This document shows, one piece after another, positions 21,097 through 30,094 of a stretch of 64,000 nt of DNA. The DNA lies in contig JAJPJK010000009.1 in NCBI GenBank assembly GCA_021324265.1, forward strand, positions 802 through 64,801, in the 5' to 3' direction. The stretch is from Thermoproteota archaeon. GTDB taxonomy: Archaea > Thermoproteota > Thermoprotei > Gearchaeales > Gearchaeaceae. The stretch's first letter is position 1, and every line of letters begins with the position of its first letter. Made by a program: the position numbers and the translations under genes. The notes under the pieces are model-generated. The model was not told the origin of the DNA and ran no database searches. It was given only the letters and a program-made list of their open reading frames with translations.

Positions 21097-21510
21097 TTAA
21101 TGTAAAATCTCAATTTCTTTATTTATGTACTTATTGACCCTAAAAACTCTATGCCATGTTTCACCTGTCTTGAAGACTTCTTCCTCTTTCTCTAGTTCTA
21201 TTTCTCTATTCCCATCGAAGCATTCATGAATGACCTTAGAGCCGAGCTTGCCTTGTACTAGGTTTATCTTGTGCTCATCGCCCTTAATGCATATCAATAG
21301 CAACCATTCATTATCTCCTTCAAGTTCTTCGAAGCCTAGCTTTGCTGGAAGCGTAACGAAGACACCTACTCTTCTCAAATCTGCGAACAATGCCTTGCAC
21401 TTCCTGCAATGATAAACATCTATAACACCTTCAACAGTTTGGCCTGCGAGGACGTTTATTGCTCCATAATACTTTATTATGTGACTGCAGCCTTTATTGC
21501 TCATAGACAT
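21097..21510 (-). CDS. Hypothetical Cys/His-containing protein
   Basis: CSH...HCRKC...C..C; overlaps the upstream HTH gene. Confidence 0.65.
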   Translation of the reverse strand: MSMSNKGCSHIIKYYGAINVLAGQTVEGVIDVYHCRKCKALFADLRRVGVFVTLPAKLGFEELEGDNEWLLLICIKGDEHKINLVQGKLGSKVIHECFDGNREIELEKEEEVFKTGETWHRVFRVNKYINKEIEILH

Positions 21511-21859
21511 TTGAGAGCATTCTTACTAATAGCTCTATCTTAGCCCTCTTCTTCCTGTATTCAGCAGGACCAATGTTTTTGTCTCTTAAGGCTTTCTGTT
21601 CCCATATTTTGTATATGTTCGTAAGGCCCATCCTAGGATGCAGGCACTTGAATCTATTTTTCGCTGATGAAGCTATGACTAGCCCTTTTTCTAAGAAAGC
21701 GTTTATTATTCTCGAAGCTATCTCTTCATCGATATTCAGCGCTTTAGCTATATCCTTGGCATCGAAGTCCTTCTTCTTGAGGAGATAAAGATAGACCTCG
21801 ATTTCCTGATCATCGAAGTCTTCTCTTAATAACTTTCTAGCTTCTTCTATGCTCATCAT
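21494..21859 (-). CDS. Small TrmB-like winged-helix protein
   Basis: EIEVYLYLL, AKDIAKALNI, FLEKGLV, HPRMGL. Confidence 0.75.
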   Translation of the reverse strand: MMSIEEARKLLREDFDDQEIEVYLYLLKKKDFDAKDIAKALNIDEEIASRIINAFLEKGLVIASSAKNRFKCLHPRMGLTNIYKIWEQKALRDKNIGPAEYRKKRAKIELLVRMLSNVYEQ

Positions 21860-21894
21860 GGAATCTTATGCAAGGTATTATAAAACGGGAACCA

Positions 21895-21916
21895 ACCATT
21901 TTACCGGTGAAAAGGT
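21895..21916. promoter_or_regulatory. Imperfect 22-bp palindrome between divergent TATA boxes (putative operator)
   Basis: ACCATTTT-ACCGGT-GAAAAGGT; TATA-like TTTTTAAA at ~21925-21932 (for tes) and TTTTATAA on the minus strand at ~21878-21885. Confidence 0.5.
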
Positions 21917-21955
21917 GGAAAATCTTTTTAAATTCTCCTGAGAAAACTCGCTTAC

Positions 21956-23695
21956 ATGGCTCAATTACTTCAAATAGAATCAAAGAAAGTAAAGAAGAAG
22001 GAGGAAAAAGATCTTCACATACTGAGGCATACTCAGAGCATTTGCCCTGAGTGCAATAGGCTCATCTCAGCGATCGTATACGAGAAAGATGGAAAGGTTT
22101 ACATGACAAAGACATGTCCTGTTCATGGCGAAACTGAAGAACTTTACTTCGGAGATTATGAAATGTATCAGAGATTCAGCACATACTGGAAGGATGGAAA
22201 GGGGACGTTAGCTCCGAACGTTCCTCTAGAGAGGTGTATGTGCCCATACAACTGTGGCCTTTGTAGCAACCATATAAGTCATACAGCATTAGCTAACGTT
22301 ATAATTACGAATAGATGTGACTTAACATGCTGGTATTGCTTCTTCTACGTTAAGAAGGGGCTTGAAGGTGCATATGTATATGAACCGAGCCTCGAGGATA
22401 TCGTAGAAATGGTCCGCATGCTGAGAAGTGAAAGACCAGTCCCAGGAAATTCAGTACAAATAACAGGAGGAGAACCTACACTTAGAGAGGATCTAATAGA
22501 TATAGTTAAAGCGATAAAGGCAGAAGGTGTTGACCATATACAACTAAATACAAACGGAATAAACATAGCACTACGAGGCCCAGAATATGCGATTGCATTG
22601 AGAAAGGCAGGTGTATCGAATCTATACTTGAGCTTCGATGGGGTTACTCCAAGGACAAATCCAAAGAATCACTGGGAAGTACCATATGTCTTGGATGCAT
22701 GTAGGAAAGCAAACTTGGGCGTAGTACTAGTACCCACTGTAATAAAGAGCGTTAATGATCATGAACTTGGTCTAATAATAAGATTTGCTCAAAGGAACAT
22801 GGATGTAGTAAGAGCAGTCAACTTCCAGCCTGTTTCCTTAACTGGAAGGCTTACTAAGAGTGAAAGGGAGAAATATAGGATAACAATACCAGATTGCATT
22901 CATAGGATCGAAGAACAAACTAATGGTGAAGTAACTGCTGATGATTGGTTCCCAGTTCCTTCATGTACGCCTCTTAGCGATTTCATACAATTCTTAACAA
23001 GGAAGCCAAAGTATGAGCTTTCAATACACTTCGCATGCGGAGCAGGAACATATGTATTCGTTGACAAAGAAACAAACAAGCTTGTTCCTGTAACGAGGTT
23101 TGTGGATATAAAGGGACTCATAGAATTCTTCGATGAAGAGATCGATGAGATAAAGAGCGGCAAGCCAACAGCTTTAACATTAGCAAAATTCCTTTACAGA
23201 TTCAATAGCTTCATAGATAAGAGTAAGGAACCAAAGGGACTTAATTTCGGAAAGCTAATAAGCGATATCATACTCTACAACAGCTACGAAGCAGTAGGTC
23301 AGTTGCAGCTCAAGACGCTCTTCTTAGGCATGATGCACTTCCAAGATAAGTACAATCAAGATGAGGAAAGGCTACAGAGATGCGATATTCACTACTTGAC
23401 TCCAGACCTTAGGATAATACCTTTCTGCTCATTCAATGTGATACCAGAGTTTTATAGAGATAGAATTCAGCAAAAGTACGGCATCCCTGTTCCTGATTGG
23501 GAGAAAACTGCTGGCAGAAGACTTGAGGACGGGCTCTATAGAGGCGTGCTGAGAAGAGGTAAGCATCATCCAAACTGTGGTTGCGATTTAGCAAAGCAGA
23601 AGGGTGAAGGAAGCGAAAACCTTCAAATCCAAGGCTGCGGTTGCTCAGTAATACATGCTTCAAAAGCTGGATTGGCAACTGTTTCTCCAAACTAA
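21956..23695 (+). CDS. tes: Tetraether lipid synthase (GDGT-MAS, MJ0619-family radical SAM)
   Basis: N-terminal CPEC...CPVHG rubredoxin-like site, CPYNCGLCSNH, CDLTCWYC radical SAM motif, HFACG, MHFQD.YN...RCDIHY...IPFC. Confidence 0.9.
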   Translation: MAQLLQIESKKVKKKEEKDLHILRHTQSICPECNRLISAIVYEKDGKVYMTKTCPVHGETEELYFGDYEMYQRFSTYWKDGKGTLAPNVPLERCMCPYNCGLCSNHISHTALANVIITNRCDLTCWYCFFYVKKGLEGAYVYEPSLEDIVEMVRMLRSERPVPGNSVQITGGEPTLREDLIDIVKAIKAEGVDHIQLNTNGINIALRGPEYAIALRKAGVSNLYLSFDGVTPRTNPKNHWEVPYVLDACRKANLGVVLVPTVIKSVNDHELGLIIRFAQRNMDVVRAVNFQPVSLTGRLTKSEREKYRITIPDCIHRIEEQTNGEVTADDWFPVPSCTPLSDFIQFLTRKPKYELSIHFACGAGTYVFVDKETNKLVPVTRFVDIKGLIEFFDEEIDEIKSGKPTALTLAKFLYRFNSFIDKSKEPKGLNFGKLISDIILYNSYEAVGQLQLKTLFLGMMHFQDKYNQDEERLQRCDIHYLTPDLRIIPFCSFNVIPEFYRDRIQQKYGIPVPDWEKTAGRRLEDGLYRGVLRRGKHHPNCGCDLAKQKGEGSENLQIQGCGCSVIHASKAGLATVSPN

Positions 23696-23732
23696 ATTTA
23701 CAGTCTTTTTTACCTTCTTTCGAATTTCTTTC

Positions 23733-24803
23733 GTGCTTAGATTAGGTATTGTTAAGAATAGCGGAGATTTGTTCATGCTCGATCCTGAAGACTTCAGGAA
23801 GCATGCATGTATATTCGGAATGACTGGAAGCGGGAAGTCAACAACGCTAGCGATCATAGCTTATGAAATGCAGAAAAGCGGCATACCATCGCTCATCTTA
23901 GATAGGACAGGTGAGTTCAAAAATAAATTCATAAAGGTACCGGGCGTCCATTATTATCTGCCCGGCTACAATCTCAATATCTCACCATTCAAAATCTGGG
24001 AAGAAGAAGCTGAGGAAGAAAGGATACATAGATATCTATGGCTTTTAGAAGAATTCTGCAGAATAACTTGGAAAGAGAGTTTTTCTCCATTGCAGACAAG
24101 GCTAATAGCACAATCTCTAGAAAGGCTCATCGGAAGAGATGATATGGATTTCTCAATGCTCATCGAAGAATGTAGGAAGATCGCAAAGGATGAATTGAAG
24201 ATTTGGTTCGAAGCTGCGGAAGCGATAGCTTCTAGATTCAGCATATTTACTGTAGGGAAATTCAGGAAGGCATTCAATGAAACAAGCAATTCTACGATAA
24301 GTGAGGTATTTCAGGAAGGAATACATGTAATCGATCTTTCGAATCTTGAATATGATGCCCCAAAGAATCTCTTCTCGCTCATAATTGCGAACTTAGTCAT
24401 GCTGAAGATTAAGAAAAATAGCTTCAGCAGGAAGTTGAATCTAGCATTCATGATTGATGAGGCCCATAATATTGCGGGTAAAGAAATTAAATATAGCTTG
24501 ATGGAAAAGATCTCGATGGAGCTTAGGAAATATGGCTTAAGCTTGATCATAGCTTCTCCCAATCCTTCAGAGATAAATCCCAATATACTCGCGAATTCCG
24601 GTGTGCTAATAGCACATCAAATGCTAAGCATAGAAGAAGCTGAGACAATAAAGAAGTATAGCTATCCTTCAAGTTATTTCAGCACCTTCGAGGACGTAGT
24701 ATGCAACCTAAAAACTGGCGAAGCCTTCATAAGAGCACCGAGCAGATTGGAAGGAGAAGTTGTTAAAATAGGTGTAAAAGAACATAGCATATTGACGATA
24801 TGA
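23733..24803 (+). CDS. HerA/FtsK-like (DUF87) P-loop ATPase
   Basis: KHACIFGMTGSGKS, DRTGEF, IDEAHN, ELRKYG, LKTGEAF; GTG start at 23733 assumed. Confidence 0.85.
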   Translation: MLRLGIVKNSGDLFMLDPEDFRKHACIFGMTGSGKSTTLAIIAYEMQKSGIPSLILDRTGEFKNKFIKVPGVHYYLPGYNLNISPFKIWEEEAEEERIHRYLWLLEEFCRITWKESFSPLQTRLIAQSLERLIGRDDMDFSMLIEECRKIAKDELKIWFEAAEAIASRFSIFTVGKFRKAFNETSNSTISEVFQEGIHVIDLSNLEYDAPKNLFSLIIANLVMLKIKKNSFSRKLNLAFMIDEAHNIAGKEIKYSLMEKISMELRKYGLSLIIASPNPSEINPNILANSGVLIAHQMLSIEEAETIKKYSYPSSYFSTFEDVVCNLKTGEAFIRAPSRLEGEVVKIGVKEHSILTI

Positions 24804-25327
24804 CTACTAGTATAGAGGAATTTAAGTTAACTGCAAGCAGCGAGCGAATCAAGCTAGGAGAGAAGATAAAGATAAACCTTAGCATGAGCATTAAGGGTGA
24901 TTTGGTCAATAACTTCACGCCAGATAACTGGGAAAAGGCATACAAAGAAGGCGAGAGGAAATTCATGCTCAGATATTTCATTAAGATTAAAAACCTAAAG
25001 GGTTTCCTATCATCGAATGATCTCATAAAGGAGAAAATTGTTAGGAGAGCAGTATTCTTCTGGACGAGGAATCCAACGATCGATAGGACATATTGGGTAG
25101 AGCTCGTGCTTGAGGATAAAAAGCCATATTTGATAAGGGAAATCGATGGGATATATGAAAAGCTCTTCAACCTTGAAAGAAGCTATGAGATAGATTCTAA
25201 TTTGCTAGGAGATGGGAAGCATAAGATAAGAGCTGAAGTTAAGGTTAAGTGGGCAAATTATGTATTCATCGATGCCTCAACCTTAAAAGCTAAGAGCAAC
25301 GTTATAGCAATCGAGTGTTTGAAATGA
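24800..25327 (+). CDS. Hypothetical protein, predicted beta-sandwich
   Basis: 4-bp overlap with the ATPase; alternating beta patterns (KIKINLSMSIKG, HKIRAEVKVKW). Confidence 0.7.
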   Translation: MTTSIEEFKLTASSERIKLGEKIKINLSMSIKGDLVNNFTPDNWEKAYKEGERKFMLRYFIKIKNLKGFLSSNDLIKEKIVRRAVFFWTRNPTIDRTYWVELVLEDKKPYLIREIDGIYEKLFNLERSYEIDSNLLGDGKHKIRAEVKVKWANYVFIDASTLKAKSNVIAIECLK

Positions 25328-25593
25328 AGAAGGTTGAAGCTACCTTTGGAAGCGATTTCGCAATAGAAAGAGCTGAGGAAAGGCTGAGCAAGAATGGATA
25401 CAAGTTCGAGAGGAAGCCTCCAATTAAACTTGTAATATACGTTAGGAATAATGATGATATAGAAATCATTAAGAAGATAATTTCAGAAAGCCACGGTTAT
25501 CTAGAACCTCAAGAAACGATGAGAGAGAAGATTACTGGGAAAATAATATCGTTACTTTCCAATTTAATAAGAGGAGGTAAAAAGAAGGACTAG
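25324..25593 (+). CDS. Small hypothetical protein
   Basis: ATGA overlap with the upstream gene; ferredoxin-like beta-alpha pattern. Confidence 0.6.
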   Translation: MKKVEATFGSDFAIERAEERLSKNGYKFERKPPIKLVIYVRNNDDIEIIKKIISESHGYLEPQETMREKITGKIISLLSNLIRGGKKKD

Positions 25594-25733
25594 CTAGCTT
25601 CGTTCATTTCATCTTCATCAGGCTCAACTTCTACAATACTATTGCAATTTGTGCAGAAGGGATATTCGTTGAAGTGAAGTACAGGATCCTTTACGAATAC
25701 CCTGATCTCAGAATGGCAATATTTACAGCGCAT
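25590..25733 (-). CDS. Small zinc-finger microprotein (47 aa, missed by ORF track)
   Basis: Manual translation MRCKYCHSEIRVFVKDPVLHFNEYPFCTNCNSIVEVEPDEDEMNEAS; two CxxC motifs; 12 bp downstream of thiL. Confidence 0.7.
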   Translation of the reverse strand: MRCKYCHSEIRVFVKDPVLHFNEYPFCTNCNSIVEVEPDEDEMNEAS

Positions 25734-25745
25734 ATCTTGAAAATC

Positions 25746-26732
25746 TCACTTCCAATATTTAAAGTGCTCCCATCCGCGTTTTTCTATCTCGAACTTTTTA
25801 TCCTTTCCTTTGTAATAAACTCCCTTCCTTTTAGTCGTGAATCTTCCTATATTCGTGAACCAGCAACCCATTCTGAGACATAGCCTCCTTATCATATCCT
25901 CCCACTCGAGCGTATAGGCGAATAATATCTCATATTCCTCACCGCCCTCATATAGCACGAGATTATAGGGATCTATACCATGATTTCTACAATAATCTAG
26001 AACCTCTTCGTCAATGGGTATTTTGTACAGCTCTATGCCCATGTTATTTGCTTCTGCAAAGAGATGAAGAGAAGTTGCAAGACCATCGCTTATGTCCATG
26101 CAGTTATTTATGAAATCGCTTAAGTAAAGTGCTTCTTTAATCCTTCCTTTAGGCTTGAACACACTCTCAAGTGCTCTTTGCCTCAAAGGCTCTGGGACAT
26201 CCCACTTTTCATTGAGTATCTTGTAAGCTAGAGAAGTGAGACCGAACTTTCCAGTTAGGCCTATTAAATAGTATTCTTGTGCACCAGCTCTGGGAAGTAT
26301 CTTGTGACCCTTGCCATATACAAAGCCTGCAATCGAGAGTTCTTTGCCAGCTGAAAGATCTCCGCCCATATACTTGCAGCGATGGGTTTTGAGCGCATCC
26401 ATTATACCTCTCATCATTTCATTGAAGTCATCGAACTCCATATCTTCAGGAAGTGTTATAGAGAAGAGCATCCCTGTTGGATCAGCTCCCTTACAAGCTA
26501 CATCCGAGAGATTGCATATCACAGCTTTCCAACCAAAATTGTAATAGCCCATTCCATCGATATAATCAGTTGAAAAATTCAAAACATCCGTATGAAATAC
26601 GAAATGTGTTGAATAATCTACCCAGAAGTAGTAAGCATCATCATATATAGGCTTAGAACCCCATCTTTCTGCAACCATATTATGGATATGCTCAATAAGT
26701 TTCCTCTCCCCGAGATCTTTAACTTTTACCAT
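25746..26732 (-). CDS. thiL: Thiamine-monophosphate kinase
   Basis: GERKLI, DDA, GWKAVICNLSDVACKG, GGD, MDISDGL, GGEEYE, GWEHF. Confidence 0.95.
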   Translation of the reverse strand: MVKVKDLGERKLIEHIHNMVAERWGSKPIYDDAYYFWVDYSTHFVFHTDVLNFSTDYIDGMGYYNFGWKAVICNLSDVACKGADPTGMLFSITLPEDMEFDDFNEMMRGIMDALKTHRCKYMGGDLSAGKELSIAGFVYGKGHKILPRAGAQEYYLIGLTGKFGLTSLAYKILNEKWDVPEPLRQRALESVFKPKGRIKEALYLSDFINNCMDISDGLATSLHLFAEANNMGIELYKIPIDEEVLDYCRNHGIDPYNLVLYEGGEEYEILFAYTLEWEDMIRRLCLRMGCWFTNIGRFTTKRKGVYYKGKDKKFEIEKRGWEHFKYWK

Positions 26733-26774
26733 ATAATAAAAATATTTAACTTATTTGGCGAATAAATTTGTTTA

Positions 26775-26848
26775 GCCCCAGTAGCATAGTCAGGTAATGC
26801 GCCTGCCTCGTAAGCAGGAGACCGTGGGTTCAAATCCCACCTGGGGCT
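26775..26848 (+). tRNA. tRNA-Thr(CGU)
   Basis: GCCCCAG/CTGGGGC acceptor; CCTGC-CT-CGT-AA-GCAGG anticodon arm; TTCAAAT T-loop. Confidence 0.96.
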
Positions 26849-26997
26849 TAGATAATCTTGCTCCCTTAACTTCAAAAGGAATTCTTGATACAAAAGTATT
26901 CATAGCATTCCTCGCTCTTATTTCAAAAAGAAATTAAGACTGGAGATAGAATTCTTGGGAAGTTTCCATATTGAATTCAAGTAAACGATCGAGAAAG

Positions 26998-27825
26998 TTA
27001 TTTGGAAGATGCTAAAACTTTATTCAACCAGCTCAATGCTTCTAGAATAAAGCTAGGTCCATGATGGGCCAAGAAGTCATAAGGCCTAGGTGTGATGAAA
27101 TATCTCTTTTCTCTCAAGGCTCTTAGATCAGCTAGCCCGCGCTTGGAAAATTTCTCGATGAATTCTTCTTCACCTTCTTCCTTGAACATTTTTGGCTCAT
27201 ATATTATTACATCGGGATCTTTTTCTCTCAGCAAATTGGAATCAGGCTCGAGCCATTCCCTGTGGAAATCCTGGAATATGTTCTTATGTCCAACTAGATT
27301 GATGGCATCGGTGATATAACTATAAGCCCCAAAAGTTACTGGCATTCCGAAATCGATCTCGACATAGACCTTCAAGGATTTATTGCTGGGCTCTAGAGAA
27401 TTCAAAGCCTTGAGAAGTTTTTTCTGCAAATCTCTAGCTTGGTCATAATATCCTGCAGCGAGACCAACTTCGGTGCATGTTGCGATGATCGCAGAAACTG
27501 TGCTAGGTAAAGCTATAGCGTATACATTGAAGTGCTTAGATAGCTTAGATGCGAAATCCCTTTGGTAGCCTGTCGTTGTGAATATGAGATCAGGCTTCAG
27601 CGAGAGCAGTCTATCGATGTTCACATTCGTATAGCTTCCCAATATAGGCTTCTTCCTAGCTTCAGGAGGCCTAACGCAAAATGCGCTCACGCCTATGATC
27701 TTTTCTCCTAAACCCATCATGAAGAGTGCTTCTGTTACAGCTGGACTGAAGCTTATAATTCTTTCACATCTTTCTGGAAGTATGAGCTCTTTTTCAAGGA
27801 CTTCACAGTAAATTTTCCTAGACAC
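26998..27825 (-). CDS. BtuF/helical-backbone metal receptor family protein (no signal peptide)
   Basis: RIISFSPAVTEALF..G....IIGVS.FC..P, LKPDLI, DPDVII, HHGPS. Confidence 0.85.
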   Translation of the reverse strand: MSRKIYCEVLEKELILPERCERIISFSPAVTEALFMMGLGEKIIGVSAFCVRPPEARKKPILGSYTNVNIDRLLSLKPDLIFTTTGYQRDFASKLSKHFNVYAIALPSTVSAIIATCTEVGLAAGYYDQARDLQKKLLKALNSLEPSNKSLKVYVEIDFGMPVTFGAYSYITDAINLVGHKNIFQDFHREWLEPDSNLLREKDPDVIIYEPKMFKEEGEEEFIEKFSKRGLADLRALREKRYFITPRPYDFLAHHGPSFILEALSWLNKVLASSK

Positions 27826-27879
27826 GCTATAACAATGTTATATTTATATTTAAGTTGGAATAAGAGAGAGTATTGAAAC

Positions 27880-28647
27880 ATGGTCGACGTATTAACCATT
27901 GAGCATTTGTATGTTGAAGTTGAAGGGAAAGAAATACTCAAGGACATAAATCTCGAAGTGAAGAGCAACGAGATTCATGCCATCATGGGTCCTAATGGAG
28001 CTGGTAAGAGTTCGCTTGCACAAGCTATAATGGGCCATCCTAGATACAAAATAACAAAAGGAGATGTCAAGATAAATGGTGAAAGCATTTTAGGCTTGAG
28101 CACTGATAAGAGGGCTCAGAAAGGGCTCTTCATATCCTTGCAATATCCTATAGGCTTGCAGGGTATTACGCTCTTCACTCTAGTTAGGGCCTCGCTTACA
28201 GCCTTGAAATATAAACCAACTGATCCTTCTCAAAAGCCAAATCTACCATTGCCTCAAATAAGGAAGGATCTCGAATTCTATCTTAAGAAGCTAGGGCTTG
28301 ATGATAGCTTCATAAACAGGTATGTGAACGAAGGATTCTCAGGTGGTGAGAAGAAAAAGAGTGAAATCGTACAAATGGCGATGATAAAGCCGAAGTTCGC
28401 GATATTAGATGAAACAGATTCAGGTCTCGATATAGATGGAATAAAGATCGTAGCAAGCGCGATAATGGATATAAGCAGGAGAGAGACAGGGTTAATACTC
28501 ATAACGCACTACAACAGGCTACTTCAGTTCATAAGGCCGGATTATGTTCACATTCTCATGGATGGGAGGATAGTAGAAACAGGCCCAGCAGAGCTCGCTG
28601 ATTTGCTCGAACAAAAAGGATATGACTGGTTCAAGAAGGGGCTATAA
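27880..28647 (+). CDS. sufC: Fe-S cluster assembly ATPase SufC
   Basis: MGPNGAGKS, NEGFSGGEKKK, LDETDSGLDID, ITHY. Confidence 0.97.
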   Translation: MVDVLTIEHLYVEVEGKEILKDINLEVKSNEIHAIMGPNGAGKSSLAQAIMGHPRYKITKGDVKINGESILGLSTDKRAQKGLFISLQYPIGLQGITLFTLVRASLTALKYKPTDPSQKPNLPLPQIRKDLEFYLKKLGLDDSFINRYVNEGFSGGEKKKSEIVQMAMIKPKFAILDETDSGLDIDGIKIVASAIMDISRRETGLILITHYNRLLQFIRPDYVHILMDGRIVETGPAELADLLEQKGYDWFKKGL

Positions 28648-28689
28648 CATGGTTATATTTATATTAAATGTAGATCATGGAGAAGTAGT

Positions 28690-30087
28690 ATGACAAAAGT
28701 AGAGCTCAGTTTTGATTATAGTAAGTACAATTTCAGAGACTATGTAGAATATGAGGTCAAATTCCCTAAAGGCTTAACAGAAGAGATTGTAAGGGAGATT
28801 TCGAGGATAAAGGACGAGCCTTCATGGATGGAGGAATTCAGAGTTAAGGCTTATAGGATCTTCGCAGAAAAGCCCATGCCAACATGGGGTGTAGATCTAT
28901 CTTCGATAAACTTCGATGAGTTTTGCTACTATGCAAGACCTACGAGCAAGAAGGGTAGGAGCTGGGAAGAAGTACCAGATTACATAAAGAGGACGTTCGA
29001 AGCTTTAGGTATACCAGAAGCTGAGAGGAAATTCCTAGCAGGCGTTGGTGCACAATACGAGTCAGAGGTTGTATATCACAACATAAAGAAAGAGCTAGAA
29101 AAACTAGGAGTTGTGTTCTTAGATACGGATACTGCACTTAAGGAGTATCCTGAAATCTTCAAGAAGTACTTCGGGACTGTTGTACCGCCTAATGATAATA
29201 AGTTCGCAGCACTAAACTCAGCGGTATGGAGTGGAGGTTCTTTCATATATGTCCCAGAGGGAGTAAAAGTAGATTTGCCTTTACAGGCATATTTCAGGAT
29301 AAATGCCCAAAACATGGGGCAGTTCGAGAGGACGCTAATCATAGCTGAGCCTTATAGCGAGGTTCACTACATTGAGGGCTGCACTGCTCCAATTTATGCG
29401 AGCAATTCTCTTCATTCAGCTGTAGTTGAGATCATCGCAAAGAAAGGAGCGAAAGTTCGCTATACTACAATCCAAAACTGGTCTGTAGATGTTTATAACC
29501 TAGTAACGAAGAGGGCTCATGCCTATGAGGCAGCTACGGTTGAATGGGTAGACGCCAATATAGGGAGCAAGGCTACGATGAAGTATCCATCAGTTTATTT
29601 ATTGGGTAAGTATGCAAGAGGTGAAGTATTATCTGTAGCCTTCGCAGGAAGAGGACAGCACCAAGATACAGGTTCAAAGATGTTCCATCTTGCTCCATAT
29701 ACATCTTCAAGAATTACTGCGAAATCTGTTTCAAAAGATGGAGGTAGGACTTCTTATAGAGGACTCGTACATGTTGCAAAAGGAGCAAGGGGTGTGAAGT
29801 CCAGTGTGAGATGCGATGCACTCTTGCTGGATGAGAAGTCCAAGACTGATACATATCCTTATAACGAAATCCTCGAAGACGATGCGACTGTTACCCATGA
29901 AGCTACAGTTGGAAAAATAAGCGATGACCAGCTTTTCTATCTCATGTCTAGAGGTATCTCAGAGACTGAAGCATTGAACATGATCGTACTCGGATTCTTC
30001 GAACCCTTCATAAAGGAATTGCCAATGGAATATGCTGTTGAGATGAACAGACTTCTAAGACTTGAGATGACAGGAGCAGTAGGCTAG
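28690..30087 (+). CDS. sufB: Fe-S cluster assembly protein SufB
   Basis: [35 protein letters not shown]. Confidence 0.97.
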   Translation: MTKVELSFDYSKYNFRDYVEYEVKFPKGLTEEIVREISRIKDEPSWMEEFRVKAYRIFAEKPMPTWGVDLSSINFDEFCYYARPTSKKGRSWEEVPDYIKRTFEALGIPEAERKFLAGVGAQYESEVVYHNIKKELEKLGVVFLDTDTALKEYPEIFKKYFGTVVPPNDNKFAALNSAVWSGGSFIYVPEGVKVDLPLQAYFRINAQNMGQFERTLIIAEPYSEVHYIEGCTAPIYASNSLHSAVVEIIAKKGAKVRYTTIQNWSVDVYNLVTKRAHAYEAATVEWVDANIGSKATMKYPSVYLLGKYARGEVLSVAFAGRGQHQDTGSKMFHLAPYTSSRITAKSVSKDGGRTSYRGLVHVAKGARGVKSSVRCDALLLDEKSKTDTYPYNEILEDDATVTHEATVGKISDDQLFYLMSRGISETEALNMIVLGFFEPFIKELPMEYAVEMNRLLRLEMTGAVG

Positions 30088-30094
30088 ATTTTTT

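Noticed and set aside
21956..23695. Annotation as methanopterin (7,8-dihydro-6-hydroxymethylpterin) dimethyltransferase
   Set aside because: Legacy label for the MJ0619 family, since shown to be tetraether synthase
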